A DNA stretch of 57,122 nucleotides. Origin: a virus. Taxonomy: Duplodnaviria; Caudoviricetes. Of this stretch, positions 44,768 through 54,486 are shown one piece after another. The notes under the pieces were generated by a model. It had not been told where the DNA came from. It worked only from the letters and a program-made list of their open reading frames with translations, and made no database searches. Both the position numbers and the translations under genes were made by a program. The stretch spans positions 1 through 57,122 of the IMG/VR virus record IMGVR_UViG_3300005537_000315; one strand, given 5' to 3'. Position 1 is the first letter of the stretch; each line of letters opens with the position of its first letter.

Positions 44768-45403
44768 ATGTTTTTAATTCAAGACTTCGGCGTGAACGGG
44801 CAATTCCCGTCATCCGTAGGCGGAACTGGAACGGCGATTAAATATTTCGGTCGCAACGCCGCGTTCGCAGCAGGTGCAACGTGGACTAACCCAGCAACTC
44901 CGTCGTCGAGCAACGCTAACGGCGCGTTGATCGTTCCAGCAGACAACAAGCTGAACGGCCAGTTGATTGAAGTCGTAGCGAGCGGCGCATTCTTGCCTTC
45001 TTCGGCGATCACCTCGTCGGAAACGGTCAAGGTTGAGTTGTACGCGGTAACTGGTTCATTCGCCAGCCCGACCTACACTTTGCTAGCTGACATCAACGGC
45101 GGATTCGCTCCGGGCGTTGACGGCATCTGGTACAACTACGCGTTCGATGTTTGCCTACAGGGCAACAACGACAGCGGCATCGTCGGCGGCTTCTACACCT
45201 CGCTTGTCAACAACACTGTTGAGCGCAATAACGTTGCGTTGCAGAACTCGTTGACTGGCATTGTGTTCGGCTCATCGAGCGGCGCTTCGAACCAGCTTCC
45301 TGGTGCGTTGGGCGGCCCGTTCGGCTTGGTTGTTGGCGTGACCTTCAGCCAGAGCGACGCAGGCAACAAGGCAAAGCTGTACGAATTCTCGATCAGCGCC
45401 TAA
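44768..45403 (+). CDS. hypothetical beta-rich protein, possible virion decoration protein
   Basis: G/S/A/N-rich, AAGGA RBS, followed by a terminator-like hairpin at 45410-45437. Confidence 0.75.
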   Translation: MFLIQDFGVNGQFPSSVGGTGTAIKYFGRNAAFAAGATWTNPATPSSSNANGALIVPADNKLNGQLIEVVASGAFLPSSAITSSETVKVELYAVTGSFASPTYTLLADINGGFAPGVDGIWYNYAFDVCLQGNNDSGIVGGFYTSLVNNTVERNNVALQNSLTGIVFGSSSGASNQLPGALGGPFGLVVGVTFSQSDAGNKAKLYEFSISA

Positions 45404-45545
45404 AACCATCGGGGGTCGGAGATGGCCCCCATTTTATTCTGAGTGGTAGTGAGAGCCTCATGCGTGAGGCGCACCCCCAGAAGACCGTGTGGAATCCACA
45501 GCCTAGGACGGTAATAGCCCGACCTACATTTTTCCCAGGGACATC

Positions 45546-45827
45546 ATGCTCAACCCAGGTCAGTTGACTATAGGTGAGTTGAGTTCCGCTGTAAAAGACT
45601 ACGGAATTTTTATCACGGTGGTTGTCGTCGGCTGGAAAAGTCGAGCCGCAATTCAACCGTGCATCGATTTCGTTAAGAAAGTCAGCGACTTCATTGATAA
45701 GGTCGACGCTCGTTTCATGAGAGCCGATAAACACATGTCGCTCATGGAAGCCAACATGAGTACTTTGTTGAACAATCATCTATCGCACTTAAAGTCTGAC
45801 GCGGAGCCAACCAAAAAGTCGGAGTAA
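45546..45827 (+). CDS. membrane protein (holin-like)
   Basis: One transmembrane segment followed by a coiled coil. Confidence 0.5.
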   Translation: MLNPGQLTIGELSSAVKDYGIFITVVVVGWKSRAAIQPCIDFVKKVSDFIDKVDARFMRADKHMSLMEANMSTLLNNHLSHLKSDAEPTKKSE

Positions 45828-45833
45828 GTTTTT

Positions 45834-45903
45834 GTGGCCGTAAGGCTGCGAGGTTTGGGTGGTGCCTCTATCACCGCCCTTACTCTATAGAGGAGAGTAA
45901 ATG
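45834..45903 (+). promoter_or_regulatory. kissing-loop leader of endonuclease gene (copy 3)
   Basis: Loops CCTCTAT/ATAGAGG. Confidence 0.85.
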
Positions 45904-46320
45904 CCGTACAAAAATAAGGCAGAAAGAAACGCGCACGCTCGTCGGTGGAGAAGAAAGCATCCAGAAGTGAGTAGGCGTTGGAGAAAGAACAACCTACTTC
46001 AAAACAGAAATATTCAATTAGAAGATACAGCCAAACGCAGATATGGACTGACTCGTAAAGAACAGAGGGTACTTCACGAGAAAGTTTGTGATATTTGTGG
46101 AAAACGCGCTAAGAAAATGTGCGTAGACCATTCTGTCCCTAAAACCCATCGCGGGGTTTTGTGTCAGCAGTGTAATACGCGTTTAGGCTGGTTAGAAAAA
46201 CACGCAGATGTAATTTTGAGTTACATCAAGAGAGGGCCTTGTGCCTGCTGTATCACAAAAACAAGCAATCGCCATGCGTATCGCAGAGCACGAGCCAGAA
46301 AAGCTATACGAAAGAAATAA
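45901..46320 (+). CDS. endonuclease VII family protein
   Basis: RRYGLT...CDICG...CVDH...HRGVLCQQCNTRLG. Confidence 0.88.
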   Translation: MPYKNKAERNAHARRWRRKHPEVSRRWRKNNLLQNRNIQLEDTAKRRYGLTRKEQRVLHEKVCDICGKRAKKMCVDHSVPKTHRGVLCQQCNTRLGWLEKHADVILSYIKRGPCACCITKTSNRHAYRRARARKAIRKK

Positions 46321-46432
46321 AGGCATGGCGGACATGAGCCACAAGCAATTGCACGAATTTGCTTCAACTCCCAATAAGGGCTTACCCACGTACGCTCACG
46401 CGCATAAGGCACGACAGGCTCATGGCGGATAA
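46241..46432 (+). CDS. DUF3008-like small protein
   Basis: MPAVSQKQ...MSHKQLHEFAST..KGLP, overlapped by the endonuclease 3' end. Confidence 0.6.
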   Translation: MPAVSQKQAIAMRIAEHEPEKLYERNKGMADMSHKQLHEFASTPNKGLPTYAHAHKARQAHGG

Positions 46433-47045
46433 ACTGGTACAAATCAAATCCGTTATTGGTGTGCAGAGATGGGCGCTGGCCTTCGTCGGCGGTAAAGATA
46501 CAGGCAATCAGCCGAAGTCGTGTTTCAATTGTCCGTTTCTATACATAAACCAGAAGCGATGCCAGATTCACGGCCCGGACATTGTTATTGATCGAGCCAT
46601 GAAGGACGGAGAAGCCTATACGCCCGTGTGCGTTTACCAGCGTGGTGGGACTCCTCTCGCGGTTGCAGATAGCGAAGTGGTCTATAACGTCAACACGCTA
46701 GGCGACAAGGCGGCGGATCAGACTGGATTGGAATGGGCTAAGAGTCCTACTGGAACCAACTGCGGTGGATTTAAGCAGGGCGCTCCTTGCAAGCATTTCG
46801 TTTCAACAGACGACAAGGGGAAAGACGGCATTTGTCTTCTTATGTCTGAGAAACAAGATGAAGCCAGCGACGCCATGTCGGAGCACAAAGGCCGAGGCGT
46901 CGATTGGGACGACTGCTGTGACGGGCACGAAGGCGAAAACATCTCCTGGCGAGAAGCACAGAAACTCATGCCGTCACACGATAAAGAACAAGAAGAGGAT
47001 TTTGGCGGCGGCTACAAATACCGTCGCGGCGAAAAGAAACCATGA
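46422..47045 (+). CDS. Cys-rich hypothetical protein
   Basis: Two Cys clusters (SCFNCPF...RCQ and NCG...PCKHF...GIC...DCC). Confidence 0.7.
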   Translation: MADKLVQIKSVIGVQRWALAFVGGKDTGNQPKSCFNCPFLYINQKRCQIHGPDIVIDRAMKDGEAYTPVCVYQRGGTPLAVADSEVVYNVNTLGDKAADQTGLEWAKSPTGTNCGGFKQGAPCKHFVSTDDKGKDGICLLMSEKQDEASDAMSEHKGRGVDWDDCCDGHEGENISWREAQKLMPSHDKEQEEDFGGGYKYRRGEKKP

Positions 47046-47674
47046 AGAGGATCGTCGCATTTTTCGTCAGACACGGTGAGACCGATCTGAATGATCCCCC
47101 AGACGGCGGCAAAGAAAGATTTCGCGGCGACGCGGATGTTCTTCTGAACGACAGCGGCAAGAAACAGGCAGAAGCGCTTGTTCCTTTATTCAACGCCAGG
47201 GACTTCAGTGCAGCGTTTCACAGCGGCATGCAAAGGACTGCGCAAACTCTAGAGCCTTTGATGAAGGCCAAGGGAATGGAAGCGCACGAGATCGAGGGCT
47301 TGAACAGTCTTAACACTGGTGACTTCACGGGCATGCCGAAGAGTGAAGAGAACAAAGAAAAACTAGAGTACTACCGAAAGAATCCGAGTGTACGAATCCC
47401 CGGTGGCGAGAGCGTGAATGAGTTTCGAAAGCGAGTTGATCCTCGTTTGATGAGGATTATTCGACTGGGAGAAGAATCGGGTAAGCCGACCATTAGCGCT
47501 ATGCACGGCTCGATCATGAAAGAATTGTCTCGCCTGTTGTGTGGCGGGGATTACAAAGCGGCCAGAGTCGATCCGGGCGGCGTAGTCGCCGTTTATAAAG
47601 ACTCAGACGGCTACAGCGCCGTTCCGATTTTGAGAGAAAGTCTCGTAGACGAAGATGTTGAGCCAGGAAGTTGA
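47042..47674 (+). CDS. histidine phosphatase (phosphoglycerate mutase family)
   Basis: RHGET, R..QT, PGGES, HG motifs. Confidence 0.92.
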   Translation: MKRIVAFFVRHGETDLNDPPDGGKERFRGDADVLLNDSGKKQAEALVPLFNARDFSAAFHSGMQRTAQTLEPLMKAKGMEAHEIEGLNSLNTGDFTGMPKSEENKEKLEYYRKNPSVRIPGGESVNEFRKRVDPRLMRIIRLGEESGKPTISAMHGSIMKELSRLLCGGDYKAARVDPGGVVAVYKDSDGYSAVPILRESLVDEDVEPGS

Positions 47675-47687
47675 TAAAGGACACACC

Positions 47688-47948
47688 ATGAAACACGCAG
47701 GACACGGCTTTACGCACACCGAGATCGAGATTCATAACGACGGCAGTGCGACGATGGAACATCATCACGAGAAGGGCGCGGATTTTAACAAGCGATACTC
47801 TAAGCCCGACCTCGACGGTATTCACGACGGCCTAGAAGAAAACCTTCGCGTCGATCCTGACAAAGAGGATGAGGACGAAGAGGCCGCTGAAGAAAAGGTT
47901 CACCCTAGCATTCACGAAGAAGTAAAGAAGATTGCCAAGGGAGAGTAA
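47688..47948 (+). CDS. His-rich hypothetical protein
   Basis: Paralog of the next gene (DLDGIHD). Confidence 0.65.
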   Translation: MKHAGHGFTHTEIEIHNDGSATMEHHHEKGADFNKRYSKPDLDGIHDGLEENLRVDPDKEDEDEEAAEEKVHPSIHEEVKKIAKGE

Positions 47949-47949
47949 A

Positions 47950-48219
47950 ATGGCGAAAAAGAAGCTACACAAGATTCGCATCGATCATCACAAAGACGGC
48001 AGCCACACTAAGACCCGTCACTACAAGCATGAAGACGGCTCGATGTCGTCAGAGAGTTCTGCACACCACGATCTAGATGGTGTTCACGATTCGTTGCAAG
48101 ACCACATGGGTATGCCTAACCCAGGTGAGATGGAAGCAGACGGCGGCCAGCACGGGGTTCCAGCGGCGCAAGCAGGCCCAGCGGGTTTGCCGATGCCGTC
48201 TCCAGCGGCAGGAGCATAG
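47950..48219 (+). CDS. His-rich hypothetical protein
   Basis: DLDGVHD, GGGAG RBS. Confidence 0.65.
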   Translation: MAKKKLHKIRIDHHKDGSHTKTRHYKHEDGSMSSESSAHHDLDGVHDSLQDHMGMPNPGEMEADGGQHGVPAAQAGPAGLPMPSPAAGA

Positions 48220-48224
48220 CAAAT

Positions 48225-48290
48225 TTGTAGTACTGCAATAGGCGGGGCGTGCCCTACACACGCCCTGTTATCCTGTAGGGGGATATCATG
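48225..48290 (+). promoter_or_regulatory. kissing-loop leader of HNH gene (copy 4)
   Basis: Loops CCCTACA/TGTAGGG. Confidence 0.85.
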
Positions 48291-48824
48291 CCGAGAAGAG
48301 GACAGATAAATCCTGCAATCAGAGATGAAGCAGGTAAAATTATTCCGTGGAAAAAGCGAAATAAAGAAGCGGCTAACGTAGCAGAGCGAGATCGTAGACG
48401 TAAAAGCCGAAATAGGATTCGTAAAGAGAATCGACTTTGGCGAGAACGGAATCCATTTGCCACCGCTGCCCTCGTCGCCAATGGCCGTGCTAAGAAATGG
48501 CACGCCGTTTCTACTCTTACAAAAGAAGAGTGGAGAATCGTTGTAGAGAAGCGTGGTTTTCTGTGTCATCTTTGCGGAGGACAAGTCTCGTTAGAGATCG
48601 GAAGTCCGTTTAGGTTGAGTCTTGACCATATTATACCGCTGTCAAGAGGCGGTGCAAACGTTAAAGAGAACGTTGCCCCCGCTCACAATCACTGTAATCA
48701 AAAGCGCTCAGACATGACGTTGAGTGAGTTCGACGAGTGGTTGGATAAAGTTTATGCGGCCCGGAGAATAAATCGTGGAGAAAGCAAAAAACCCCTCACT
48801 TTACAGGGCCATCCATCATCTTAG
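48288..48824 (+). CDS. HNH endonuclease
   Basis: CHLCG...SLDHIIPLSRGGAN..ENVAPAHNHCNQKR. Confidence 0.92.
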   Translation: MPRRGQINPAIRDEAGKIIPWKKRNKEAANVAERDRRRKSRNRIRKENRLWRERNPFATAALVANGRAKKWHAVSTLTKEEWRIVVEKRGFLCHLCGGQVSLEIGSPFRLSLDHIIPLSRGGANVKENVAPAHNHCNQKRSDMTLSEFDEWLDKVYAARRINRGESKKPLTLQGHPSS

Positions 48825-48969
48825 AAAAGGCGGTTTGCATCGCGCTCTTGGTGTTCCAGAAGGCGAAAACATACCGCAGGAAAAAGTCGAAGCGGCAACG
48901 CATTCGTCTAATCCACACGTTGTTCACATGGCGAATTTTGCCAAGACGCTGAAGGGATTCAAGAAGTAA
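48775..48969 (+). CDS. hypothetical protein
   Basis: KGGLHRALGVPEGENIP motif common in phage head-region genes. Confidence 0.6.
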   Translation: MEKAKNPSLYRAIHHLRKGGLHRALGVPEGENIPQEKVEAATHSSNPHVVHMANFAKTLKGFKK

Positions 48970-48983
48970 AAACGCAGGCACGC

Positions 48984-49259
48984 ATGTCTCTTCTTTCAAG
49001 AGCGCTTGATGACAAAGACAGTTCTGTAAATGCTGCGCATCTGACCGCGTTCATTCTAGTCATCGCCTCGATTTGCTGGGTGACATACTTGGTCCTTAGA
49101 AACGGAGCAATGCCGGATTTGTCGGGCATAGCGTATCTTCTAGGCGGAAGTGGGGCGATGAACGTTTGCTCAAAGGCAGAGTCTATCATCGCCAAGTTTA
49201 AGAAACAGCCCAACGACAATCCAGCGCCGCGCATCATACCGACACCGACGCCTGATTAG
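48984..49259 (+). CDS. two-TM membrane protein (holin-like)
   Basis: Two hydrophobic helices and a basic tail. Confidence 0.55.
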   Translation: MSLLSRALDDKDSSVNAAHLTAFILVIASICWVTYLVLRNGAMPDLSGIAYLLGGSGAMNVCSKAESIIAKFKKQPNDNPAPRIIPTPTPD

Positions 49260-49275
49260 TTGCAAGGATAATCGT

Positions 49276-49551
49276 ATGCCAAACGACGCAGTATCAGACG
49301 CATTGAACAGCGCAAAAGACACGTTGGCGAAAGCGAACAGGTTTACAGAATCAGTCGAAGGAAACTCGACATCTTCGTTCGCGCCAAAGAAGCCAGAAGC
49401 GCCGCATGTTCCACAGGCTCGCGCTCCCAAAGCGCCGTCGTATAGTTTGGCTCATCAAGCTAAAGCCCTGGTGAGTGGTTTCGGAAACGTCGCCGAGGGC
49501 TTGAAGAATCGACAAGAGAACGTGAAGCAGTACGCAGACGCGCAGAAGTAG
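49276..49551 (+). CDS. hypothetical protein
   Basis: AAGGA RBS. Confidence 0.6.
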   Translation: MPNDAVSDALNSAKDTLAKANRFTESVEGNSTSSFAPKKPEAPHVPQARAPKAPSYSLAHQAKALVSGFGNVAEGLKNRQENVKQYADAQK

Positions 49552-49587
49552 GCCCGCCAATCTAATAGGGCCAAGGACAATATTGAA

Positions 49588-51879
49588 ATGGCTCTATCAG
49601 CAGCAGAACGTAAAAGGAATCAGAGGGCGAGGGAGAAGCAGGAACGCGAAAAACTCGCGGCTCTTCAACCCGCAAGACCGACCGAGGAACAAATAACGAA
49701 TCGGTTGTCTCAACACGTCCGTGATTTGGAATGGGCGCAAGAGCAAGATGCGCTCGGGCTTTTCTATAAGAGTGAATGCCGACCGCTGGTTCAGCTTTTG
49801 GCGACCTACGAAGGCGCGAACATCAACGAGAAAGAACTAGAGGAAGAAGACGAGCCTCTCGAAAAGAAAAAGCGCGAGACAAAAAACAAGCAACGTCGTC
49901 CTAATCCGTCTGTAGACGCGGTGTCTATTCGCGCTGTTGAGTTGGTCGATAGCGGCATCACCGTTAAGATTGATCCTGATCAGTGGGAATATGAAACCCT
50001 GTCGGGACAAAAAGTCAATCTTCGTAAGCTGTACGAAGTGGACGAGGTGGTTTCATTTCGTCGCTGGCTAGACCTTCGCGACAAAGCCCGAAAGGATTTG
50101 TTCTGGCTATGCAGTCTTGTGAACATGAGAATGTTTCACAAGGCCCATCAGATGATCTGCGACATGTTCGTGCAGAAGAATTTTGACGGGTTGTTTTTTC
50201 CAAGTTTCTCCCGCGCAGATTTGCCTGTGATGTTTGACAAGCAGGTACGCGTAGCCCAAGACGGCAAGACGCCGACGAAGACGATGATGTTGTTTGCGCC
50301 CCGCTCGGGACGTAAATCGACTATTGACGGAATCGACGCAGTGCAGTGGATGTTGAATTGTCCTGACGTTCGTATTCTTATTGCTACGGCTTTTCGTGCT
50401 CTGGCTAAGCAGCTATTTGGCGAAATCAAAGGCTATTTTTATCTGCCCGTAAATGGCGAGCCTTCATCATTTCAGATTTTGTTTCCCGAGTATGTGCTGT
50501 ATGGTCGCGCAGGCGAATCGGATTCGTCGTTAAAATGTCCAGCCGCAATTCACAAGTCAAAAGACGCGCATGTTTGGAAGACGTCTATGGAATCGTCGTT
50601 TACGGGTATGCGCTGCGATATCCGAAAACTGGACGACGTCGTTGATTATTCGAACTCGAATACAGAAGAACTTCGACAAACGCTAGTTGGTAAAATCAAC
50701 AGCACTGGTGATATCGTCGAGGGCTGGGGCTTCACAGACGTAGTCGGCACGCGCTACTTTACCAAAGACTGGTACGGCACGCGCATGAACAGGGACGCAG
50801 ATAATAACGACCCAGAACCGTATTCGTTTTTGTCGATTTCAGCTTGGACTCCTAAACCACAGTACCGCGCCCTTTACGAGCAGTTGCTGAAAGAGCCGAA
50901 CGGCATGTTCAAGGTCACCGAAGAAATGGTTGACCTGTGGTGGCCGGAGAGCAAGAGCCACAACTTTAAAGCGCTGATGAGAAAGCTGAAAGAAAAGAAG
51001 GAAATTTCTTTCAAGAACCAGCAGCTTAACATCGCAACAGACCCGAAAGAAATCGATCTGTATATCAATCAGTTCGATCTCGATACGCTACGTGCTCATC
51101 AGTACGACCGCACGGCAGCGCCCCAGAACATGGAGATCATCCAGACCTGGGACATCGCGTACAGCGAGCACAGCCGCACGTCGGACTATTCAGTCGGCGT
51201 AACGCTGGGCATCTACAAAAACAAAAATAACGAATATTGCGTGGTCGTAATCGAAGTATTTCTTGATAAGTGGAAGGCGTCGGAATTGGCGTCTAACATG
51301 ATCAAGTACTACGAGAAGCACCGACCGAAGTGCGTCTACATCGAGAACTCGAATGGCGTGAACTTCTTGATGGAGAACATTAAGAACTACGCCAAGTTGC
51401 GCGGCTCGGACATTTTCTCCAATGTTCGACAGCGCCCAGTATCAAACAAGCCGAACGCAAAACGTGAGCGCATCAAGGACGCCGAATTCTTGTTGGGTCA
51501 CGACCGCTTGTGGTTTGTTAGCGGGCACTGGATCGACGAGACGTACAAGCAATTAACCGAATATACGGGCGGAAAGAGCACGACGTATCGTAAGGACGAT
51601 ATCCCAGACGCTCTATCACTGGGAATCACATCGCACTTACCATCAACGGCGTTGCAGCACAACCCCGACCCGAAAGACGTGGAGAAGGAACACGAACAGC
51701 GTCAAGCCAAGGCGGCAAAAGATGCCGCGTACAATCGCATGTTCGGTAGTAATTCTCCGACAAAACCATCAGGTGGTGCGCCACCAGCGGCAGCGCCAGC
51801 ACAACCGCCAGTTAACCCTAGAGCGGAGCAATTGAAGAAATTACTCGGCAAAATCCTGCCGCCTGGAATGAGGTACTAA
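49588..51879 (+). CDS. terL: terminase large subunit
   Basis: APRSGRKST Walker A, LDDVVD Walker B, VGTRY coupling motif, TWDIAYS and DDIPDALS nuclease motifs. Confidence 0.92.
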   Translation: MALSAAERKRNQRAREKQEREKLAALQPARPTEEQITNRLSQHVRDLEWAQEQDALGLFYKSECRPLVQLLATYEGANINEKELEEEDEPLEKKKRETKNKQRRPNPSVDAVSIRAVELVDSGITVKIDPDQWEYETLSGQKVNLRKLYEVDEVVSFRRWLDLRDKARKDLFWLCSLVNMRMFHKAHQMICDMFVQKNFDGLFFPSFSRADLPVMFDKQVRVAQDGKTPTKTMMLFAPRSGRKSTIDGIDAVQWMLNCPDVRILIATAFRALAKQLFGEIKGYFYLPVNGEPSSFQILFPEYVLYGRAGESDSSLKCPAAIHKSKDAHVWKTSMESSFTGMRCDIRKLDDVVDYSNSNTEELRQTLVGKINSTGDIVEGWGFTDVVGTRYFTKDWYGTRMNRDADNNDPEPYSFLSISAWTPKPQYRALYEQLLKEPNGMFKVTEEMVDLWWPESKSHNFKALMRKLKEKKEISFKNQQLNIATDPKEIDLYINQFDLDTLRAHQYDRTAAPQNMEIIQTWDIAYSEHSRTSDYSVGVTLGIYKNKNNEYCVVVIEVFLDKWKASELASNMIKYYEKHRPKCVYIENSNGVNFLMENIKNYAKLRGSDIFSNVRQRPVSNKPNAKRERIKDAEFLLGHDRLWFVSGHWIDETYKQLTEYTGGKSTTYRKDDIPDALSLGITSHLPSTALQHNPDPKDVEKEHEQRQAKAAKDAAYNRMFGSNSPTKPSGGAPPAAAPAQPPVNPRAEQLKKLLGKILPPGMRY

Positions 51880-51883
51880 CCGC

Positions 51884-54010
51884 ATGTCATTGGACGCGCA
51901 GGAACAGAGGATCGAGCAAAAGCTGCACGACCTCTACATTGACCCGTCCGCCGAAATAACCAGGGACGACATAGCGGTCTCAGACGAGACCGATGTGCTT
52001 CAGTTTAAGGATTCGGCAGCAGTCAAGTTGGTTATCGACGACGTAGCCGAGGCCGACAACTATATCAATATTCAGCAGTGGTCGAACGGCTGGACGATGG
52101 CCGACTTGTTGTATCAGTCGCCAGCGACTCAGTCAGCGTTTGACGGCGGAAACGTCGGCAACGCTTCGGTACCAAAGTACATGGTATCGAATCACATTTC
52201 GTCAATTGTTCCCAAGGTTATGGGGGGTCTCTTCTATGAAGACCCTCCGTTCTCGCTTCGTCCTCGTCCATCAGTGACACAGGACATGGTGAGATCAAAA
52301 ACGGCGATCTTTGCCGCGCAATTGGGCGCGATGCGCTTCGAGGAAGAGGTAGAGCGTACGCTTGAACAGGCCGCATTGTTGGGCACTGGTATCATGAAGT
52401 ACGGCTACGTTGAGTACAACAAGAGGATGCGTCGTTACAAGAGGAAGGGCGAGCGTCAGGCTCTTGAACAGCCAGACGGCACGATCAAGTTGATCGACAC
52501 CCCCGACTCAGACGATTACGAAGTCGAGTTTTACAACAAGAAAATCTCGCATCCGTGGATCAAGTGGACGGACATTCGTACCGTTCTCGTGAACCCAGGA
52601 TGTCGTGTCGGAGACATTCGCCGCGCGGGTTGGGTCGTGTATCGCGATTACGCGACATACGCGGACTTAGATCAGCTACGTGGCGTGGATGGCTACAACA
52701 TCCCAGATGAGTCTGTTTTGAAACAGATTTTCTTTGGTGAGAAGCCAACATCCGGCCCAGATAATATTACCATGACGTTGCCAGAAGGCATGATGGGATA
52801 CATCCAGCATGCACTTCCGCGCAGCTACAAGACATCAGCGGACCCGACAAAGGCTCCGATTGAAATCTTGGAACGTTGGGACGACGAGAAGGTCATCGTT
52901 ATTCTTTCGTTCAATGGTCGCAACATTCTTATTCGCAATGAAGAGAATCCGTACGGAAGAATTCCGTTCTTCTCGTTCAACTGGCGCAACATCCCAGATT
53001 GTTTTTATGGACAGGGGTTGGGCCTGCTAATCGGAAGTGAACAGATCGTGGAACAAGGCGTAACAAACCTTGCACTCGATCTTCTTGCTTATGGTTTGCA
53101 GCCGACCGCAGTTCGTAAGAAAGGGTTCAACACGTTAAGCCAAGACGTCAGATGGCGTCAGGGCGGCATCATCGATGTGGAAGAGGACGTCGACAAGGCG
53201 TTCAAGTTCCTTCAGATGCCTCAAGTCCCAGGCGAGGCGTGGCAGTTCATCGCACAAGCACAGCAGTCGGGTGCATCCACTTCGGGCGCAAACGAGCAAG
53301 TAATTCAGGGCGCAGGTGCCGCTGGTGTTCGTACCACGGGCATGCGTTCAGGGACGGGTGCAGCGGCGGTCATTCAGGCCAACGCATCGCGTCTTGACGG
53401 CCCAACAGGCCGTTTTGTTCGTCAAGTGTTCGAGCCGTGGTTGTACCAGATGGACGAACTAAACAACTTGTTGTTGCCGACTTCGGTCATCCGCGACATG
53501 TTGGGTGACGAACTCGGCGAACCGAACTTGATTGACCACATGGATTTCCGTGAGGCCAACATCGAGTATGAAGTCCTTGCAGGCGCTAAGCTTGGTGCCA
53601 AGAAAGAAATGGCCCAGGCACTTCCGATCATCATCCAGTTGTTGAACAACCCAACGTTCGTGCAAAACGCGAACGACGCGGGATATGAGTTCGACGCGGT
53701 GGCGATCTTCAAGGCTTTCACGGACGCAGCGGGTTGGAAGTTCAGCCAGTCGTTCTTGAAGCCGATGACACCAGAGCGAAAGGCTCAGCATCAAGCGAAC
53801 TCGCCAGCAGCATTGCAGGCGAATCAGCAGAAGTTCATGCAACAGCAGTCGGAACGTCAGTTCGCGCATGAACAGCAAATTGAGCAAGCGAAGCAGTTGG
53901 GCAAGGCGGGCAATGAGGCGTTCCGTCAAGCCATTGAAAAATCAACAGCCCCAGAGTTGGTTACAGGGCAGCCGGGAAATGAATCGTTTGGGTCTACAAC
54001 AGCGTTGTAG
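51884..54010 (+). CDS. portal protein
   Basis: 708 aa, follows terL, ENPYGRIPFF...FYGQGLG motif typical of podovirus-type portals. Confidence 0.88.
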   Translation: MSLDAQEQRIEQKLHDLYIDPSAEITRDDIAVSDETDVLQFKDSAAVKLVIDDVAEADNYINIQQWSNGWTMADLLYQSPATQSAFDGGNVGNASVPKYMVSNHISSIVPKVMGGLFYEDPPFSLRPRPSVTQDMVRSKTAIFAAQLGAMRFEEEVERTLEQAALLGTGIMKYGYVEYNKRMRRYKRKGERQALEQPDGTIKLIDTPDSDDYEVEFYNKKISHPWIKWTDIRTVLVNPGCRVGDIRRAGWVVYRDYATYADLDQLRGVDGYNIPDESVLKQIFFGEKPTSGPDNITMTLPEGMMGYIQHALPRSYKTSADPTKAPIEILERWDDEKVIVILSFNGRNILIRNEENPYGRIPFFSFNWRNIPDCFYGQGLGLLIGSEQIVEQGVTNLALDLLAYGLQPTAVRKKGFNTLSQDVRWRQGGIIDVEEDVDKAFKFLQMPQVPGEAWQFIAQAQQSGASTSGANEQVIQGAGAAGVRTTGMRSGTGAAAVIQANASRLDGPTGRFVRQVFEPWLYQMDELNNLLLPTSVIRDMLGDELGEPNLIDHMDFREANIEYEVLAGAKLGAKKEMAQALPIIIQLLNNPTFVQNANDAGYEFDAVAIFKAFTDAAGWKFSQSFLKPMTPERKAQHQANSPAALQANQQKFMQQQSERQFAHEQQIEQAKQLGKAGNEAFRQAIEKSTAPELVTGQPGNESFGSTTAL

Positions 54011-54020
54011 AAACTAAACA

Positions 54021-54072
54021 GGGTTGAGGGGTGCCTTTACCACCCCTCGATCATCTCTGTAAAGGAGGGATG
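54021..54072 (+). promoter_or_regulatory. kissing-loop leader of endonuclease gene (copy 5)
   Basis: Loops CCTTTAC/GTAAAGG. Confidence 0.85.
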
Positions 54073-54486
54073 ATGACTGCGAAAGAAAACAAAGAATACC
54101 ACAAAAGAAAATCCAGCGAGTGGGAAAAGAAGCACAAGCGATGGCGTACTGCTAAACGAAAAAAGTATATAAGAGAAAGGTACGAATCTGGCGATCAGAT
54201 GAAAGTAGCCAGAAAACATAGGTACGGAATGACGCACGAGGATTATAAAAAACGCGTCAAAAAACAAAATAATCGATGCGCTGTTTGTCGTAGAAAAGAA
54301 CGACACATCAATCCGTACACGGGAAAAAGGCAGGCTCTCGCCGTCGACCACGATCATAGAACTAATCGTGTTCGTGCCTTGCTTTGCGCTGATTGCAATC
54401 GCGGCATCGGCCTGTTTAATGAAAATCCAGTTTTGTTGTTACGGGTAATCAAATATCTGAAGAAACACAAGAGAGTCCAATGGTGA
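54070..54486 (+). CDS. endonuclease VII family protein
   Basis: RYGMT...QNNRCAVC...LAVDHDH.TNRVRALLCADCNRGIG. Confidence 0.92.
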   Translation: MMTAKENKEYHKRKSSEWEKKHKRWRTAKRKKYIRERYESGDQMKVARKHRYGMTHEDYKKRVKKQNNRCAVCRRKERHINPYTGKRQALAVDHDHRTNRVRALLCADCNRGIGLFNENPVLLLRVIKYLKKHKRVQW

